This document shows positions 9,505-19,699 of a stretch of 64,000 bases of DNA, in pieces. The translations under genes and the position numbers were made by a program. The notes under the pieces were generated by a model. The model was not told the origin of the DNA, did not search any database, and saw only the letters and a list, made by a program, of their open reading frames with translations. The DNA is from Niveibacterium umoris (lineage in GTDB: Bacteria > Pseudomonadota > Gammaproteobacteria > Burkholderiales > Rhodocyclaceae), in the NCBI RefSeq assembly GCF_014197015.1, contig NZ_JACIET010000001.1:2323392-2387391 (forward strand). Reading direction: 5' to 3'. The stretch's first letter is position 1. Every line of letters starts with the position of its first letter.

Positions 9505-10068
9505 ATGTTCGCTACCCCGGAACAGTTCGCTGCAGTCAACAAAACCCAAGTCGAGTCGCTGCTGAGCATCGCCAACACCGCGTTTGCCAGCGCAGAACGC
9601 CTTGCCAACCTCAATCTGTCGGCCGCCCGCGCGCTGCTCGAAGACGGCCTGGCCAATGCCAAGACCGTGCTCTCCGCCAAGGACGTGCAAGAGCTGCTGA
9701 CCCTGCAGACTTCGCTGGCCCAGCCGCTGGTCGAAAAGAGCGTTGCCTACTCGCGCAGCGTGTATGAAATCGGCGCGCAAGCTCAGGAAGAAATCTCGAA
9801 GCTGGTCGAAGCGCAGCTTTCCGAGCTGAACAAGAACGTGTCCGCCTCGCTGGACAAGGCCGCCAAGTCGGCCCCGGCTGGTTCCGACGTCGCGATTGCT
9901 GCCGTGAAGTCGGCCATCGCCGCCGCAAACTCGGCCTACGACAGCCTGACCAAGGCCACCAAGCAAGTTGCTGAAATCGCTGAAGCCAACGTGACCGCCG
10001 CCACCGACGCGACCGTCAAGGCAGTCAGCGGCGCCGCCCCGGCGAAGGCATCGAAGAAGGCCGCCTAA
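9505..10068 (+). CDS. phaP: Phasin (PHA granule-associated protein)
   Basis: MFATPEQFAAVNKTQVESLLSIANTAF... is Ala-rich and helical, typical of the phasin family. RBS AAGGAG 8 nt upstream. Confidence 0.85.
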   Translation: MFATPEQFAAVNKTQVESLLSIANTAFASAERLANLNLSAARALLEDGLANAKTVLSAKDVQELLTLQTSLAQPLVEKSVAYSRSVYEIGAQAQEEISKLVEAQLSELNKNVSASLDKAAKSAPAGSDVAIAAVKSAIAAANSAYDSLTKATKQVAEIAEANVTAATDATVKAVSGAAPAKASKKAA

Positions 10069-10158
10069 GGCTTTCTTGGGGGCTCGCTCTCGCCGAGCCC
10101 CCGCATCTGCCCTCCATCGGGCGTCGCGTTCAGGCGCGATACGTGACGTTCGACTTAA

Positions 10159-10190
10159 GGCCGCGGCGCAACCCTGCGGCTTTTTTCTTT
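10159..10190 (+). terminator. Rho-independent terminator after phaP
   Basis: GC hairpin ggccgcggcgcaaccctgcggc followed by ttttttcttt. Confidence 0.6.
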
Positions 10191-10203
10191 GGGGCGCGTG
10201 AAG

Positions 10204-10962
10204 TCACCCGGTGATCGCAGCCGTCTCGAAGCCCATTGACGCCAGCGATTCACGCAGCGTCACCATGGCCGCCGCAACCGCGCCCGGTGTCCCCTTCGCA
10301 CCCAGTTCGATCTGTCGCCGCGCGCCAGGAACATGCGTGTTCGGCAGGCTGAATACCGTCACCCCAAACCGCGTCTGAACATCGCGCATCAAGGGCGTGA
10401 TCTGGCTCTCCTGCGCATCGAAGACCCACATCGAATCCTCAAGATAGGGCTCAGCGTGGTGGAGTGCGCGCAGTTCGCCGTCCAGCACCCACTCCATCAT
10501 CGGCCATGCCATCACAGGGAAACCCGGCATGAAGTAACCGCGGCCAAGGACAAAGCCGGGAATCCGGTTGTAGGGGTTGGGAATGATGCGGGCGCCGGCC
10601 CCATAAGTGCCCATTTCGAGACGGTTGGGCGTGGTCTCTTCGCCGAACCGGGCGCGGATCTCGGCTTCAGCCTCCGGATGCAGGGCGAGCGGCACGCCAA
10701 GGGCCTCAGCCGCTGCCTGCCGGGTCAAATCGTCAGGAGTAGCCCCGATACCGCCGAAGGAAAAGAAGATGTCGTTGCTCGCAAAGCAGTCGCGCAAGGT
10801 GGCTACTAGACGCGGCAATTCATCGCCACAGTATCGCGCCCATGACAGGCGCAAGCCGCGAGCATTCAGGAGCTCGATCGACTTCGCGAGATGCTTGTCC
10901 TGGCGGCGTCCGGACAGAATCTCATCGCCAATGATCAGCACGCCAACGGCCATCTCGCGCAT
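10204..10962 (-). CDS. CinA-like / MoaB-MogA-type molybdopterin-binding domain protein
   Basis: MAVGVLIIGDEILSGRRQDKHLAKSIELL...FSFGGIGATPDDLTR is the CinA N-terminal domain signature. Starts at 10962 or 10953. Confidence 0.7.
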   Translation of the reverse strand: MREMAVGVLIIGDEILSGRRQDKHLAKSIELLNARGLRLSWARYCGDELPRLVATLRDCFASNDIFFSFGGIGATPDDLTRQAAAEALGVPLALHPEAEAEIRARFGEETTPNRLEMGTYGAGARIIPNPYNRIPGFVLGRGYFMPGFPVMAWPMMEWVLDGELRALHHAEPYLEDSMWVFDAQESQITPLMRDVQTRFGVTVFSLPNTHVPGARRQIELGAKGTPGAVAAAMVTLRESLASMGFETAAITG

Positions 10963-11015
10963 CCTTCCGAGTAAGAGGGCGCGATCATACCCCCACGCGG
11001 CGGACCAGCGAGGCC

Positions 11016-11558
11016 TCAGGCAGTCACAGTGAAATCGAATACGCGCCGAACTGCCCCACTTGCAAGATAGACACGCACGGGATCGGCAGCGGCGAACTGG
11101 CAACCAAACCCGCCTTCACCGCCCTGCTCCACTCGCATGAAGGGATCGACCCTGAGGACGAGATCGTGGTCTGTCACCAGCGTCGCCTCAAATACCAAGC
11201 CGAGCGGATCAGTCCGCGCGTGGAGGGCATTCCGAAACGTCTGCTCGCAGTAAACGCGGTGGCGCTCCGCACGAGGGGTGGCAAAGCGCATCAATTCCGC
11301 AGATCCGGCATCCCGGACACTCCCGATGCTGCTACGCACGCCCTGAAGCATGACCGACAGAAACGCAGATAGCGCATCGCCCACGGTCTCGGTGGGCGAC
11401 GGCGTGGTCAGCCGCGCCAGCGCGGTCGACGTCAGCACGCCAAGGTAGCTGCGCCCGCGCCCGAGCACGGCGCGCCCATCGCGGAACGTCACCCCCGGCA
11501 GCGCGGTCGGTCCGGCGTCCAGAAACTGGGCAAACGGCAGGTCGAACAAGACGCTCAT
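11016..11558 (-). CDS. Hypothetical protein (180 aa) immediately downstream of clpV, probable T6SS operon member
   Basis: ATG at 11556-11558 lies only 9 nt after the clpV stop. High GC3 codon usage. No recognisable motif. Confidence 0.5.
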   Translation of the reverse strand: MSVLFDLPFAQFLDAGPTALPGVTFRDGRAVLGRGRSYLGVLTSTALARLTTPSPTETVGDALSAFLSVMLQGVRSSIGSVRDAGSAELMRFATPRAERHRVYCEQTFRNALHARTDPLGLVFEATLVTDHDLVLRVDPFMRVEQGGEGGFGCQFAAADPVRVYLASGAVRRVFDFTVTA

Positions 11559-11567
11559 GGATGTCCC

Positions 11568-14213
11568 TCAGCTCACCTTGTACGTAAAGGCGCCCTTCTT
11601 GCTGACGCCCACCTTGATCTTGTTGATTGCCTCGCCTTCGGCCATGCGCGCCAAAACGCTCTCGGAGACTTCCGGCAACAGGCTGCCGCTCAGGATGTTG
11701 TCAACGTTCCTCGCGCCCGAATCCGCCTCGACGCAGCGCGCCAGCACCGCTTCGACCAAGGCCTCATCATGGCTGAACACCGCCTTGTGGTTCTCCGCGA
11801 CGCGGCGCGCAATGCGGTCGAGCTTGAGCCGGATGATGCGCGCAAGGACATCATCGGAAATCGGATAGAACGGCACCACGGTGAGCCGACCGAGGAAGGC
11901 CGGCTTGAACGCCTTGTACAGTTGGGGACGAATTGCATCGAGCAGCGCGTCGGGCGAGGGCATCTCTTCTGCAGCCTTGTTGATGCAGGCGGACATCAGC
12001 GTGGCCGACGCGACGTTGGAAGTCAGGATGATGATGGTGTTGCGGAAATCGACTTCGCGCCCTTCCGCATCATCCATCACGCCCTTGTCAAAGACCTGGA
12101 AGAAGAGCTCCAGAACATCCGGATGCGCTTTTTCCACTTCATCGAGAAGCACCACGCTGTAGGGTTGTCGCCGCACCGCCTCGGTCAGCACGCCGCCCTC
12201 GCCGTAGCCGACGTAGCCCGGTGGCGAGCCCTTGAGGCCCGATACCGAGTGCGCCTCCTGGTATTCGCTCATGTTGATCGTGACCAGGCTGCGCGCACCG
12301 CCATAGAGGATTTCGGCCAGCGCGTGCGCACTCTCCGTCTTGCCGACGCCCGACGGACCCACGAAAAGGAACACACCCTTCGGCTTGTTCGGGTCTTCCA
12401 GGTTGGCGCGGGCCGTGCGGACGCGCTGCGCAATCGCTTCCAGCGCATGATCCTGACCGATCACGCGCTCTGCCATCGCATCGCGCAAGCCCAGCACGGC
12501 GCGGATCTCGTCCTTCACCATGCGGCCGAGCGGAATGCCGGTCCATGCGGCAATCACTTCAGCCGCGACGCGTCCATCGACCTGCAAGGGAACCAGGGGT
12601 GATTCGCCCTGCGCGCGTGCCAGTTCATCCGTCAGCGACGCGAGTTCGGCGTGCCGCGGATCATTGCTGGATGCAGCGTCAGCCAGATCGGCGCGCAAGG
12701 CGTGGATGCGCGCAACCAGTTCGACTTCGTGTCGCCACTGCGCTTCGAGCGCCGACAACTCGGCAACGCGCGAATCGCGGGTTTTCGCCAATTCGTCGCG
12801 CCGCGAAGCGTGCAACAAACCGAGCGCGCCCTCCCTTACGAGGCCGTGGATCTCCGCGTCAAGACGTTCGATCTCTTTGCGCAAATCATCAATCGGCCCC
12901 GGGGTCGCGTTCTGCGCCAACGCGACGCGTGCGCACGCGGTGTCGAGCACGCCGATCGCCTTGTCCGGCAACTGTCTGCCAGAGATGTAACGCGCCGACA
13001 GCATCACCGCCTCGGTGATCGCCTCATCCAACACGCGCACACCAAAATGCCGCTCCATCAAGGGCGCCATGCCGCGCAACATGGCACACGCGAGTTCTGG
13101 GGTGGGCTCTTCGACCTTGACCACCTGGAAGCGCCGCGCCAGCGCTGCATCCTTTTCAAAGTACTTCTTGTACTCGCTCCAGGTCGTCGCTGCGATGGTG
13201 CGCAACTCGCCACGCGCGAGTGCCGGCTTGAGCAGGTTCGCCGCGTCGTTCTGCCCGGCGGTGCCGCCGGCGCCGATCATCGTGTGCGCTTCGTCGATGA
13301 ACAGGATGATCGGCCGCGGACTTTTCTTGACCTCGTCGATCACGCATTTGAGCCGGTTCTCGAACTCACCCTTGACACTCGCGCCTGCCTGCAGCAGCCC
13401 CAGGTCCAGCGCGTGCAGCGCGACATCTACCAGTGGCGGCGGCACGTCGCCCTGCGCAATGCGCAGCGCAAGCCCTTCGACCACTGCAGTCTTGCCCACG
13501 CCCGCTTCGCCGGTGAGGATCGGGTTGTTCTGCCGGCGGCGCAGCAAGATGTCCATCGCCTGGCGGATCTCGGCATCGCGACCGATCACCGGGTCAATCT
13601 TGCCTTCAGCCGCGCGTGCAGTGAGGTTGGTGGTGTACTGGTCGAGCGCCGGGGTCCGGGACGGGTTCGCAGGCGCGGGCGCCATGCCCTCGCCTTCATC
13701 AGGAATCGTGACTTCACGTGTCGCCGCCGCCTGGGGTGCCTCGACGGAGCCCGCGGTCAGGCGAGCGAGTTCATGCTTCAGACCATCGACCTGGAAACGC
13801 GCAAACAGCTTGGACGCACGGTAGGCCATCTGCGCAAGCTTGTGGTCCGCCAGCAGGGCGTGCAGAAGATGCGCGCTGCGAATGCGGGCCTGCGCATCGT
13901 CGATCGATGCGATCAGCCAGGCCGCCTCCAGCAGCTGCGGAATGCGCTCCGAGAAGACCGGCGTGCGGGTATTGCCCGACGGCAATCGCGCCAGCTCGGC
14001 CTCAAGATCCTGCAGCAGCGCCTGCAGACTCAGCCCGGCGCGATGCGCAATCACGGCAAAGTCGCTGTCAACCTGCTCCCCAAGCGCGACGAACAGGTGT
14101 TCGATATCGACTTCGTAATGGCCGCGGCTCATGCAAAGCGCCGCAGCGCGTTCGGCCGCCTGGCGGCAGGTGACGTTAAGCTTGCCGATCAGGACTTTCA
14201 GATGCGTACTCAT
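11568..14213 (-). CDS. tssH: Type VI secretion ATPase ClpV (TssH), AAA+ with two NBDs
   Basis: N-domain MSTHLKVLIGKLNVTCR, Walker A GEAGVGKT and VGPSGVGKT, 881 aa. ATGA overlap with tssG. Confidence 0.92.
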   Translation of the reverse strand: MSTHLKVLIGKLNVTCRQAAERAAALCMSRGHYEVDIEHLFVALGEQVDSDFAVIAHRAGLSLQALLQDLEAELARLPSGNTRTPVFSERIPQLLEAAWLIASIDDAQARIRSAHLLHALLADHKLAQMAYRASKLFARFQVDGLKHELARLTAGSVEAPQAAATREVTIPDEGEGMAPAPANPSRTPALDQYTTNLTARAAEGKIDPVIGRDAEIRQAMDILLRRRQNNPILTGEAGVGKTAVVEGLALRIAQGDVPPPLVDVALHALDLGLLQAGASVKGEFENRLKCVIDEVKKSPRPIILFIDEAHTMIGAGGTAGQNDAANLLKPALARGELRTIAATTWSEYKKYFEKDAALARRFQVVKVEEPTPELACAMLRGMAPLMERHFGVRVLDEAITEAVMLSARYISGRQLPDKAIGVLDTACARVALAQNATPGPIDDLRKEIERLDAEIHGLVREGALGLLHASRRDELAKTRDSRVAELSALEAQWRHEVELVARIHALRADLADAASSNDPRHAELASLTDELARAQGESPLVPLQVDGRVAAEVIAAWTGIPLGRMVKDEIRAVLGLRDAMAERVIGQDHALEAIAQRVRTARANLEDPNKPKGVFLFVGPSGVGKTESAHALAEILYGGARSLVTINMSEYQEAHSVSGLKGSPPGYVGYGEGGVLTEAVRRQPYSVVLLDEVEKAHPDVLELFFQVFDKGVMDDAEGREVDFRNTIIILTSNVASATLMSACINKAAEEMPSPDALLDAIRPQLYKAFKPAFLGRLTVVPFYPISDDVLARIIRLKLDRIARRVAENHKAVFSHDEALVEAVLARCVEADSGARNVDNILSGSLLPEVSESVLARMAEGEAINKIKVGVSKKGAFTYKVS

Positions 14214-15280
14214 GTTGAACTCATGGAAGGTTGCGTGTGCCCGCGCATGAAGCCGGGCATGAAACGGTAGGTTGCGTCGCCGGGGTCGGTTGCCTGCACG
14301 TCGGTGGCTAGCCAGCTATCCCAGCCCAGTCGACCACTGCCGCTGAGACCAACCTTGACCGGATGGACCTCGCGACGATCGAGCAGCACCCGCACCTCGA
14401 CCTCGAAGGTCGGACCGAGCACCATGCCGAGCAGCCGGTCGAGCGCCCGCGCAGAAGTGCCGCCGGGCATGAACGCGAGGAAATCCGCGCGCGGCAGTGG
14501 ACCAACCTCGATGCGGATGCGCGAGTCACGTTGGTAGATCCGCTCGCCACAGATCGCGTCCCCGCCCAGACAGACATTGGACATGCCGAGCCGGGCATGG
14601 CTCTCGTCCGGCAGTCGGAACCATTGCCCGACAAACGGCACCAGCCGAATCGCCGCACCGAAGTAGTCAGACAGTACGCCGGCGGTTGCCTGTGCCGAGC
14701 GCGGCGCGGTGCGCAGCAAGCCCGCGTAGTAGGCAAGCGTTTCGTCGTGGAGCGACGCCGTGGTCTGGTCAGCCAGACGTTCGCGCAAGGCGGGGGCGCC
14801 GGTACCCGCCAGCGCCAGCACCAGCGGCAGGTAACGCGAACGCCCCTCAGCCTCGAACTGGAAGTGCGGACGATATTTCTCCCACGCGCCGAAGAACTGG
14901 ACTGAGCTGCGGTTCGCAAAGATGTCGAGAAAGGCACGCGCGCCGCGATCACGATGCAGCACCTCGCGATCGAGCAGGCGCTCGGTGTAGTGCTGCGGCA
15001 GTACGCCCTGATTGCCGGTCAAGCCGATGAATGCCGGCGTCAGCTTGACCTTGGACAGATCACCTGCCGCAGTGGTCTCGACCTCGATCCGCTCGATTTC
15101 GCTGGCGGGAAACGACAGTTCCAGCGAGTTGCCGAAACGCACGTCATCACCCAGCGCGCCCGCACCCTTCCCGCGTCGTGTCCCAAGATGACGCCGCAGC
15201 ATGCGCACCGCCTGAAAGAACTCGAAACGCTGTGGCGCGGCCAAGAGCCTGGCGATTGCGCTAGCGGGTTTGCGCTTCAC
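14210..15280 (-). CDS. tssG: Type VI secretion baseplate protein TssG
   Basis: Conserved N-terminus ...LLAAPQRFEFFQAVRML. GTG at 15278-15280 overlaps the tssF stop (GTGA). An alternative TTG at 15313 is the track start. Confidence 0.85.
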   Translation of the reverse strand: MKRKPASAIARLLAAPQRFEFFQAVRMLRRHLGTRRGKGAGALGDDVRFGNSLELSFPASEIERIEVETTAAGDLSKVKLTPAFIGLTGNQGVLPQHYTERLLDREVLHRDRGARAFLDIFANRSSVQFFGAWEKYRPHFQFEAEGRSRYLPLVLALAGTGAPALRERLADQTTASLHDETLAYYAGLLRTAPRSAQATAGVLSDYFGAAIRLVPFVGQWFRLPDESHARLGMSNVCLGGDAICGERIYQRDSRIRIEVGPLPRADFLAFMPGGTSARALDRLLGMVLGPTFEVEVRVLLDRREVHPVKVGLSGSGRLGWDSWLATDVQATDPGDATYRFMPGFMRGHTQPSMSST

Positions 15281-17118
15281 ACCAGCACCACATCGCCGCT
15301 GCGTGGTTTGCAACTCACAAGGACTTCGCCGCTGCGGGTCGAACGCACCCGCAAACGGGTGAAACTGTTCAGGTGAACGTAGAGCGAGAAGAAATGCTCC
15401 AGCACCGCGACGAAGAGCGACAGGCCTACGCCGACGAAGGCCTGCTCATCAACGCCGATTTCAATGTCGATGCCGCGCACGAACGCGGGAAACGGATCCC
15501 CCGGAAGCATCGCGCTCGACGGACGATGATCGACCGATTTCAGACCGTCTATCACTCGCTGATTGCTGGCTGCACGATTCGCGTTGTAAAGACCGAACGT
15601 CTCCTTCAGGGCATCGACCCCACTCTCGGCAAGTGAGAGTCGGTTGAGCGCAAGGTGGGATATGAGGCGCCACAGGCCTTCTTCTTCGGTACGGAACCGA
15701 TGGGTCGGCGTCGGGCGACGAAGAAATGAAATGCGCCGCGCGATCGACCCGCCTTCGATGAACAGATCGCCCTCGGGCAGACCATAGGGCAACTGCGAGG
15801 GCAGATCACGATTGGTCGCCGTGACCTGGATACTGAGCGTCTCGGTCCGCACGTCGGCCAGATCCTCACCGGCGTCGACCAGTGCAATCTCGTATTCATG
15901 GCCCGGCGACAAGCTGGCCACTCGCGGGTCCCGCCGCAGGTGCCAGTAACGCCCTTCCTTCTCGGGCGACTCAGCATGGCGCAAACCATAGAACGGGCGG
16001 AACTCCGAGACGCGCTCGCCGAGACTGCTCTTTTCGACACGCGCGACGCGATTGACCGAGTAGAGTTCGAAGGCCTGCGCACGACGGGCATCGACGACGA
16101 GCGGATAGTGGCTGCGCGAATGATCAATGCGGATCGGCTCGGCATTGCGCTCGAACAGGTTCACGACTGGCGCGCATCCTGTTGCAAAGTTCGCTGCCGA
16201 CACGCGCTCGAGCAAGGCGGGATCGAGCTCTGTTGCTCCGGCACCCAGGAAGAACTTGATCTGCACACTGCGTACGTCGGACGGCATCGCCGCGCGCAGC
16301 GTCGCAAGATCCAGATCGAAGAAGTCAAACTTTGCCGGGAACAGGAAGAACTCGGTCAGCAGACGATAGGCCAACTGGGATCTTGCGTCGTAGTCGAGCA
16401 GCCCCTCGTCGACGCCGAATCCGACGGGTTGCACGACCTTGCCCTCGAAAAGCTGCCAGGAGCCGCCGTCCGGCGAACCGACCGCTACCCCACGCAATGA
16501 TGAGAACAAGGCCTCGCGCAGTTGGCAGACCAGCGAGGGTTCGCCGTCAAGAAAGAGCCGCAGGCGGTCAAGTGCGAGACTGCGCAGCGCCGATGACTCG
16601 GAGCTCGTTTCGATCGTCAGCGTCAGCGCACACCGCGTCTCTGCAGGGACACGCAGGTTGCGCCCGGACACCACCGGCTGCTCGAAGCGTGCATCCGCAA
16701 TTCGAATCGGTGCCAGCGAGACGTCATATGCGGTGCGAAAACGGCACGCGATGCCACCGACCGGGCGTGTCGAGAGCTCCGTACCACGCGGCAAGGTCAC
16801 GGGTGACGAGAGCTGAGCCTCGGCCCCGCCCATATCGAAACGGGCGATTGAACACGAGGGAAGCGGCTTCAGGTAATGCGGTGCAACGACGCCCAACAGG
16901 CTCTCGGTGAGCTCAGGAAAATCATCGTCGAGCTTCTTGTGCACCCGCGCGGACAGCAAGGCAAACGACTCGAGCATGCGTTCGACGTGCGGATCCTCGC
17001 AAGACTCGCCGGAAAGCAGCAGGCGCGAAGCAATCTTCGGAAAGCGTTCCGCAAATTCGCGCGAGTGCCGACGCAGAAAAGTCAGCTCGCGTTCGTAGTA
17101 AGGCAGAAGATCGTTCAT
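15277..17118 (-). CDS. tssF: Type VI secretion baseplate protein TssF
   Basis: Starts MNDLLPYYERELTFLRR (canonical TssF N-terminus), about 613 aa. ATGA overlap with tssE. Confidence 0.9.
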   Translation of the reverse strand: MNDLLPYYERELTFLRRHSREFAERFPKIASRLLLSGESCEDPHVERMLESFALLSARVHKKLDDDFPELTESLLGVVAPHYLKPLPSCSIARFDMGGAEAQLSSPVTLPRGTELSTRPVGGIACRFRTAYDVSLAPIRIADARFEQPVVSGRNLRVPAETRCALTLTIETSSESSALRSLALDRLRLFLDGEPSLVCQLREALFSSLRGVAVGSPDGGSWQLFEGKVVQPVGFGVDEGLLDYDARSQLAYRLLTEFFLFPAKFDFFDLDLATLRAAMPSDVRSVQIKFFLGAGATELDPALLERVSAANFATGCAPVVNLFERNAEPIRIDHSRSHYPLVVDARRAQAFELYSVNRVARVEKSSLGERVSEFRPFYGLRHAESPEKEGRYWHLRRDPRVASLSPGHEYEIALVDAGEDLADVRTETLSIQVTATNRDLPSQLPYGLPEGDLFIEGGSIARRISFLRRPTPTHRFRTEEEGLWRLISHLALNRLSLAESGVDALKETFGLYNANRAASNQRVIDGLKSVDHRPSSAMLPGDPFPAFVRGIDIEIGVDEQAFVGVGLSLFVAVLEHFFSLYVHLNSFTRLRVRSTRSGEVLVSCKPRSGDVVLV

Positions 17119-17609
17119 GCAACGGCCTGTAGCGTGCGACGACTGCTCGCCACGGAATACTGCTGCGTGCATGGCTGAAGCACGGCATCGAAACCGACCG
17201 GCTCGGCCGTCGGCGGTACATGCAGCACTGCCTGAATGGTGAAGTTCAGGCGCCCGACGCTTCGCTCATCGCCACGCAGCCCGACGAGCACCCGTTTGAG
17301 TCTGGGTTCGTGCTGCAGGATCGTACGTTCCAGCGTTGCGCAGATGCGGGCGCGGTCCGCCGGATTGGCAAGACTGAGTCCGACGAAATCGGTCATGCCA
17401 AAGCTCGCGATCGACTTCGCAGCTTCCGGGTAGGCGGACAACAGGGATTCCCGCACGCCGCATCGACTGTTGAGCAGCGACTCGAGATCACGCGCAACAC
17501 TGTCCTTGAGTTCTTCGATCGACCAGCGGCGCAGAGGCGCTGGGTCGTCGGCGCGGTGCGGCGCTTCGTCGAACATGCGTTCGAACAGGGTGGGGGAAAA
17601 GCCCTTCAT
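17115..17609 (-). CDS. tssE: Type VI secretion baseplate protein TssE (gp25-like)
   Basis: 164 aa, MKGFSPTLFERM..., in the conserved position between hcp and tssF. Confidence 0.85.
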   Translation of the reverse strand: MKGFSPTLFERMFDEAPHRADDPAPLRRWSIEELKDSVARDLESLLNSRCGVRESLLSAYPEAAKSIASFGMTDFVGLSLANPADRARICATLERTILQHEPRLKRVLVGLRGDERSVGRLNFTIQAVLHVPPTAEPVGFDAVLQPCTQQYSVASSRRTLQAVA

Positions 17610-17675
17610 GAGATGCTCTTGTGCTGCGCGACGCAGCGCCGGCGCGTCGCCGGACGCCGCGTCGCATTGGGCGAC

Positions 17676-18179
17676 TTAGATGTCGTAGCTCGCGGTGTTC
17701 TTCGCAAGGCTCCACTTGGCAACCTTGTTGCCCTTGGTACCGCCCTTGATGTCCTGCGCGGTGTAGGTCCACTGCACCGCCGCGTAGGCCAGCGTGAAGG
17801 TCTCAGTCGGGATGCCTTCGCCGGCGACGGACGGCGTCACCGACGCCAGCAGCACATGCTTGAGCTTGATCTCGAGATACTTGACGCGCTTGTCGCCGTC
17901 GGCACGCATGAAGTCGATCGTGACTTCGTCGAAGGTGTGACCGGCCGAACACGCTTCCCAGATGCGGGGCGAGGTCAGGTCCAGGTCCTTCACGAAGATC
18001 ATTTCGCCATGCTCGCAACGCTCGGCGGTGTGACCACCGGACGTCGACGCAGTCGCCGATTTCGGCTGACGAATCAGATGGCTCCACGAGCTGACTTCGA
18101 GCCATTCCTTGTGCTCGGAGTCGCGCGATTCACCCTTGATGTCGTACTTGCCTTTGAATTGAACGTAAATGTCCTTCAC
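17676..18179 (-). CDS. hcp: Hcp (TssD) tube protein
   Basis: MKDIYVQFKGKYDIKGESRDSEHKEWLEVSSWSH... is the canonical Hcp. GTG start with an AGGAG RBS 8 nt upstream. Confidence 0.9.
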   Translation of the reverse strand: MKDIYVQFKGKYDIKGESRDSEHKEWLEVSSWSHLIRQPKSATASTSGGHTAERCEHGEMIFVKDLDLTSPRIWEACSAGHTFDEVTIDFMRADGDKRVKYLEIKLKHVLLASVTPSVAGEGIPTETFTLAYAAVQWTYTAQDIKGGTKGNKVAKWSLAKNTASYDI

Positions 18180-18211
18180 GTCTTGGCTCCTAATTTACTT
18201 GGGGTAGAGAG

Positions 18212-19696
18212 TTATGCGCCTGCGGATTGAGGCAGCTCGGCCACCAGGCGCAGTGAAACCGTGAGCTCGTCCAGCTGGAAGTGCGGGCGCAGGAACGCGA
18301 CTGCACGATAGACACCCGGTTTGCCCGGGACCTCGGACACCTGGACCGATGCTTCACGCAGCGGGAACTCGGCCTTTGCTTCTTGCGACGCGCCGTCGTC
18401 CAGCAACACGTAGCGAGACACCCAGCCATTCAGGTAGGACTCGACGTTGCCGGCCGACGCGAAGCTGCCGATCTTGTCGCGCATCATCGCCTTGAGGTAA
18501 TGAGAGATCCGGCAGACCGCGAAGATGTACTGAAGCTGGGCGGACAGCACAGCGTTCGCATTCGCCGCATCGGTGTTGTACTTCTTCGATTTCTGCACCG
18601 ACTGCGCACCGAAGAACGCGGCGTAGTCGGTTCCCTTGCAATGCACGAGCGGGATGAATCCGAGGTCCGAGAGTTCCTTCTCGCGGCGATCGGTAATCGC
18701 AACCTCGGTCGGGCATTTCAGCGCGACTTCTCCCTCGTCGGTCTTGAACGTGTGCGTCGGCAGGTCTTCGACCAGGCCGCCGCCCTCGACTCCGCGAATC
18801 GCGGCGCACCAGCCGTACTTGTCGAATGCATCGGTGATGCGCGACGTGAATGCGTAGGCGGCATTCACCCACAGGTACTTGCTGTGATCGGTACCATCGA
18901 CCTCTTCGACGAAACTGAAGCCCTCGACCGTCGTGCCGTCCTTCGGGTTGTATGGCAGGCGGCCAAGGAAGTGCGGCAGCGTCAGCCCGACATAGCGCGA
19001 GTCCTCCGACTCTCGGAAGGATTTCCACTTGGCGTATTCGACGGTGTCGAACACCTTCGACAGATCGCGCGGCTTGCCCAGATCGGTGAAGCCTTCGAGC
19101 CCGAACAGTTCAGGCGATGCCGCCGAGATGAACGGGGCGTGCGCAGCCGCAGCGACATGCGACATCTGCTCGATGAAGTACATGTCCTCAGGCTGACGCG
19201 TGATGTCGAAGTCACCGAGCAGCGAACCGAACGGCGCGCCACCGAAGGTGCCGAACTCTTCTTCGTAGACTTTCTTGAACAGCGTGCTCTGATCGAATTC
19301 GATCGCGCCGCGGAAATCCTTGATCAGTTCGCGCTTGGTGGCATTGAGCACCTTGATCTTGAGCATCTGGCCGGTCGCGCTCTGCTTGCACAGATACTCC
19401 AGGCCGCGCCAGGAGGATTCGAGTTTCTGGAACTCCGGCGCATGCATCACCGCCGACAACTGGTCGGAGAGCATCTCGTCGAGTTCGGCAATGCGTGCAT
19501 CAAGGGTTGCCGCAAGGTTCTCGGAGACAACGACAGTGCCTTCCATCACCTGCTGCACGAGTTCAGCGATCAGGTCGCGCGCGCGGTTGTGTTCGACGGT
19601 AGAACGTGCGACACGGCTTTCCGACACGATCTGATCGAGCAGACTGTATTCGGTCTCAGGGGCCTGGGTGGCAAGGGCGGCGTACGGTGCATTCAT
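18212..19696 (-). CDS. tssC: Type VI secretion sheath large subunit TssC (VipB)
   Basis: 494 aa, MNAPYAALATQAPETEYSLLDQIV.... GAGGAG RBS. Confidence 0.92.
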   Translation of the reverse strand: MNAPYAALATQAPETEYSLLDQIVSESRVARSTVEHNRARDLIAELVQQVMEGTVVVSENLAATLDARIAELDEMLSDQLSAVMHAPEFQKLESSWRGLEYLCKQSATGQMLKIKVLNATKRELIKDFRGAIEFDQSTLFKKVYEEEFGTFGGAPFGSLLGDFDITRQPEDMYFIEQMSHVAAAAHAPFISAASPELFGLEGFTDLGKPRDLSKVFDTVEYAKWKSFRESEDSRYVGLTLPHFLGRLPYNPKDGTTVEGFSFVEEVDGTDHSKYLWVNAAYAFTSRITDAFDKYGWCAAIRGVEGGGLVEDLPTHTFKTDEGEVALKCPTEVAITDRREKELSDLGFIPLVHCKGTDYAAFFGAQSVQKSKKYNTDAANANAVLSAQLQYIFAVCRISHYLKAMMRDKIGSFASAGNVESYLNGWVSRYVLLDDGASQEAKAEFPLREASVQVSEVPGKPGVYRAVAFLRPHFQLDELTVSLRLVAELPQSAGA

Positions 19697-19699
19697 GAC

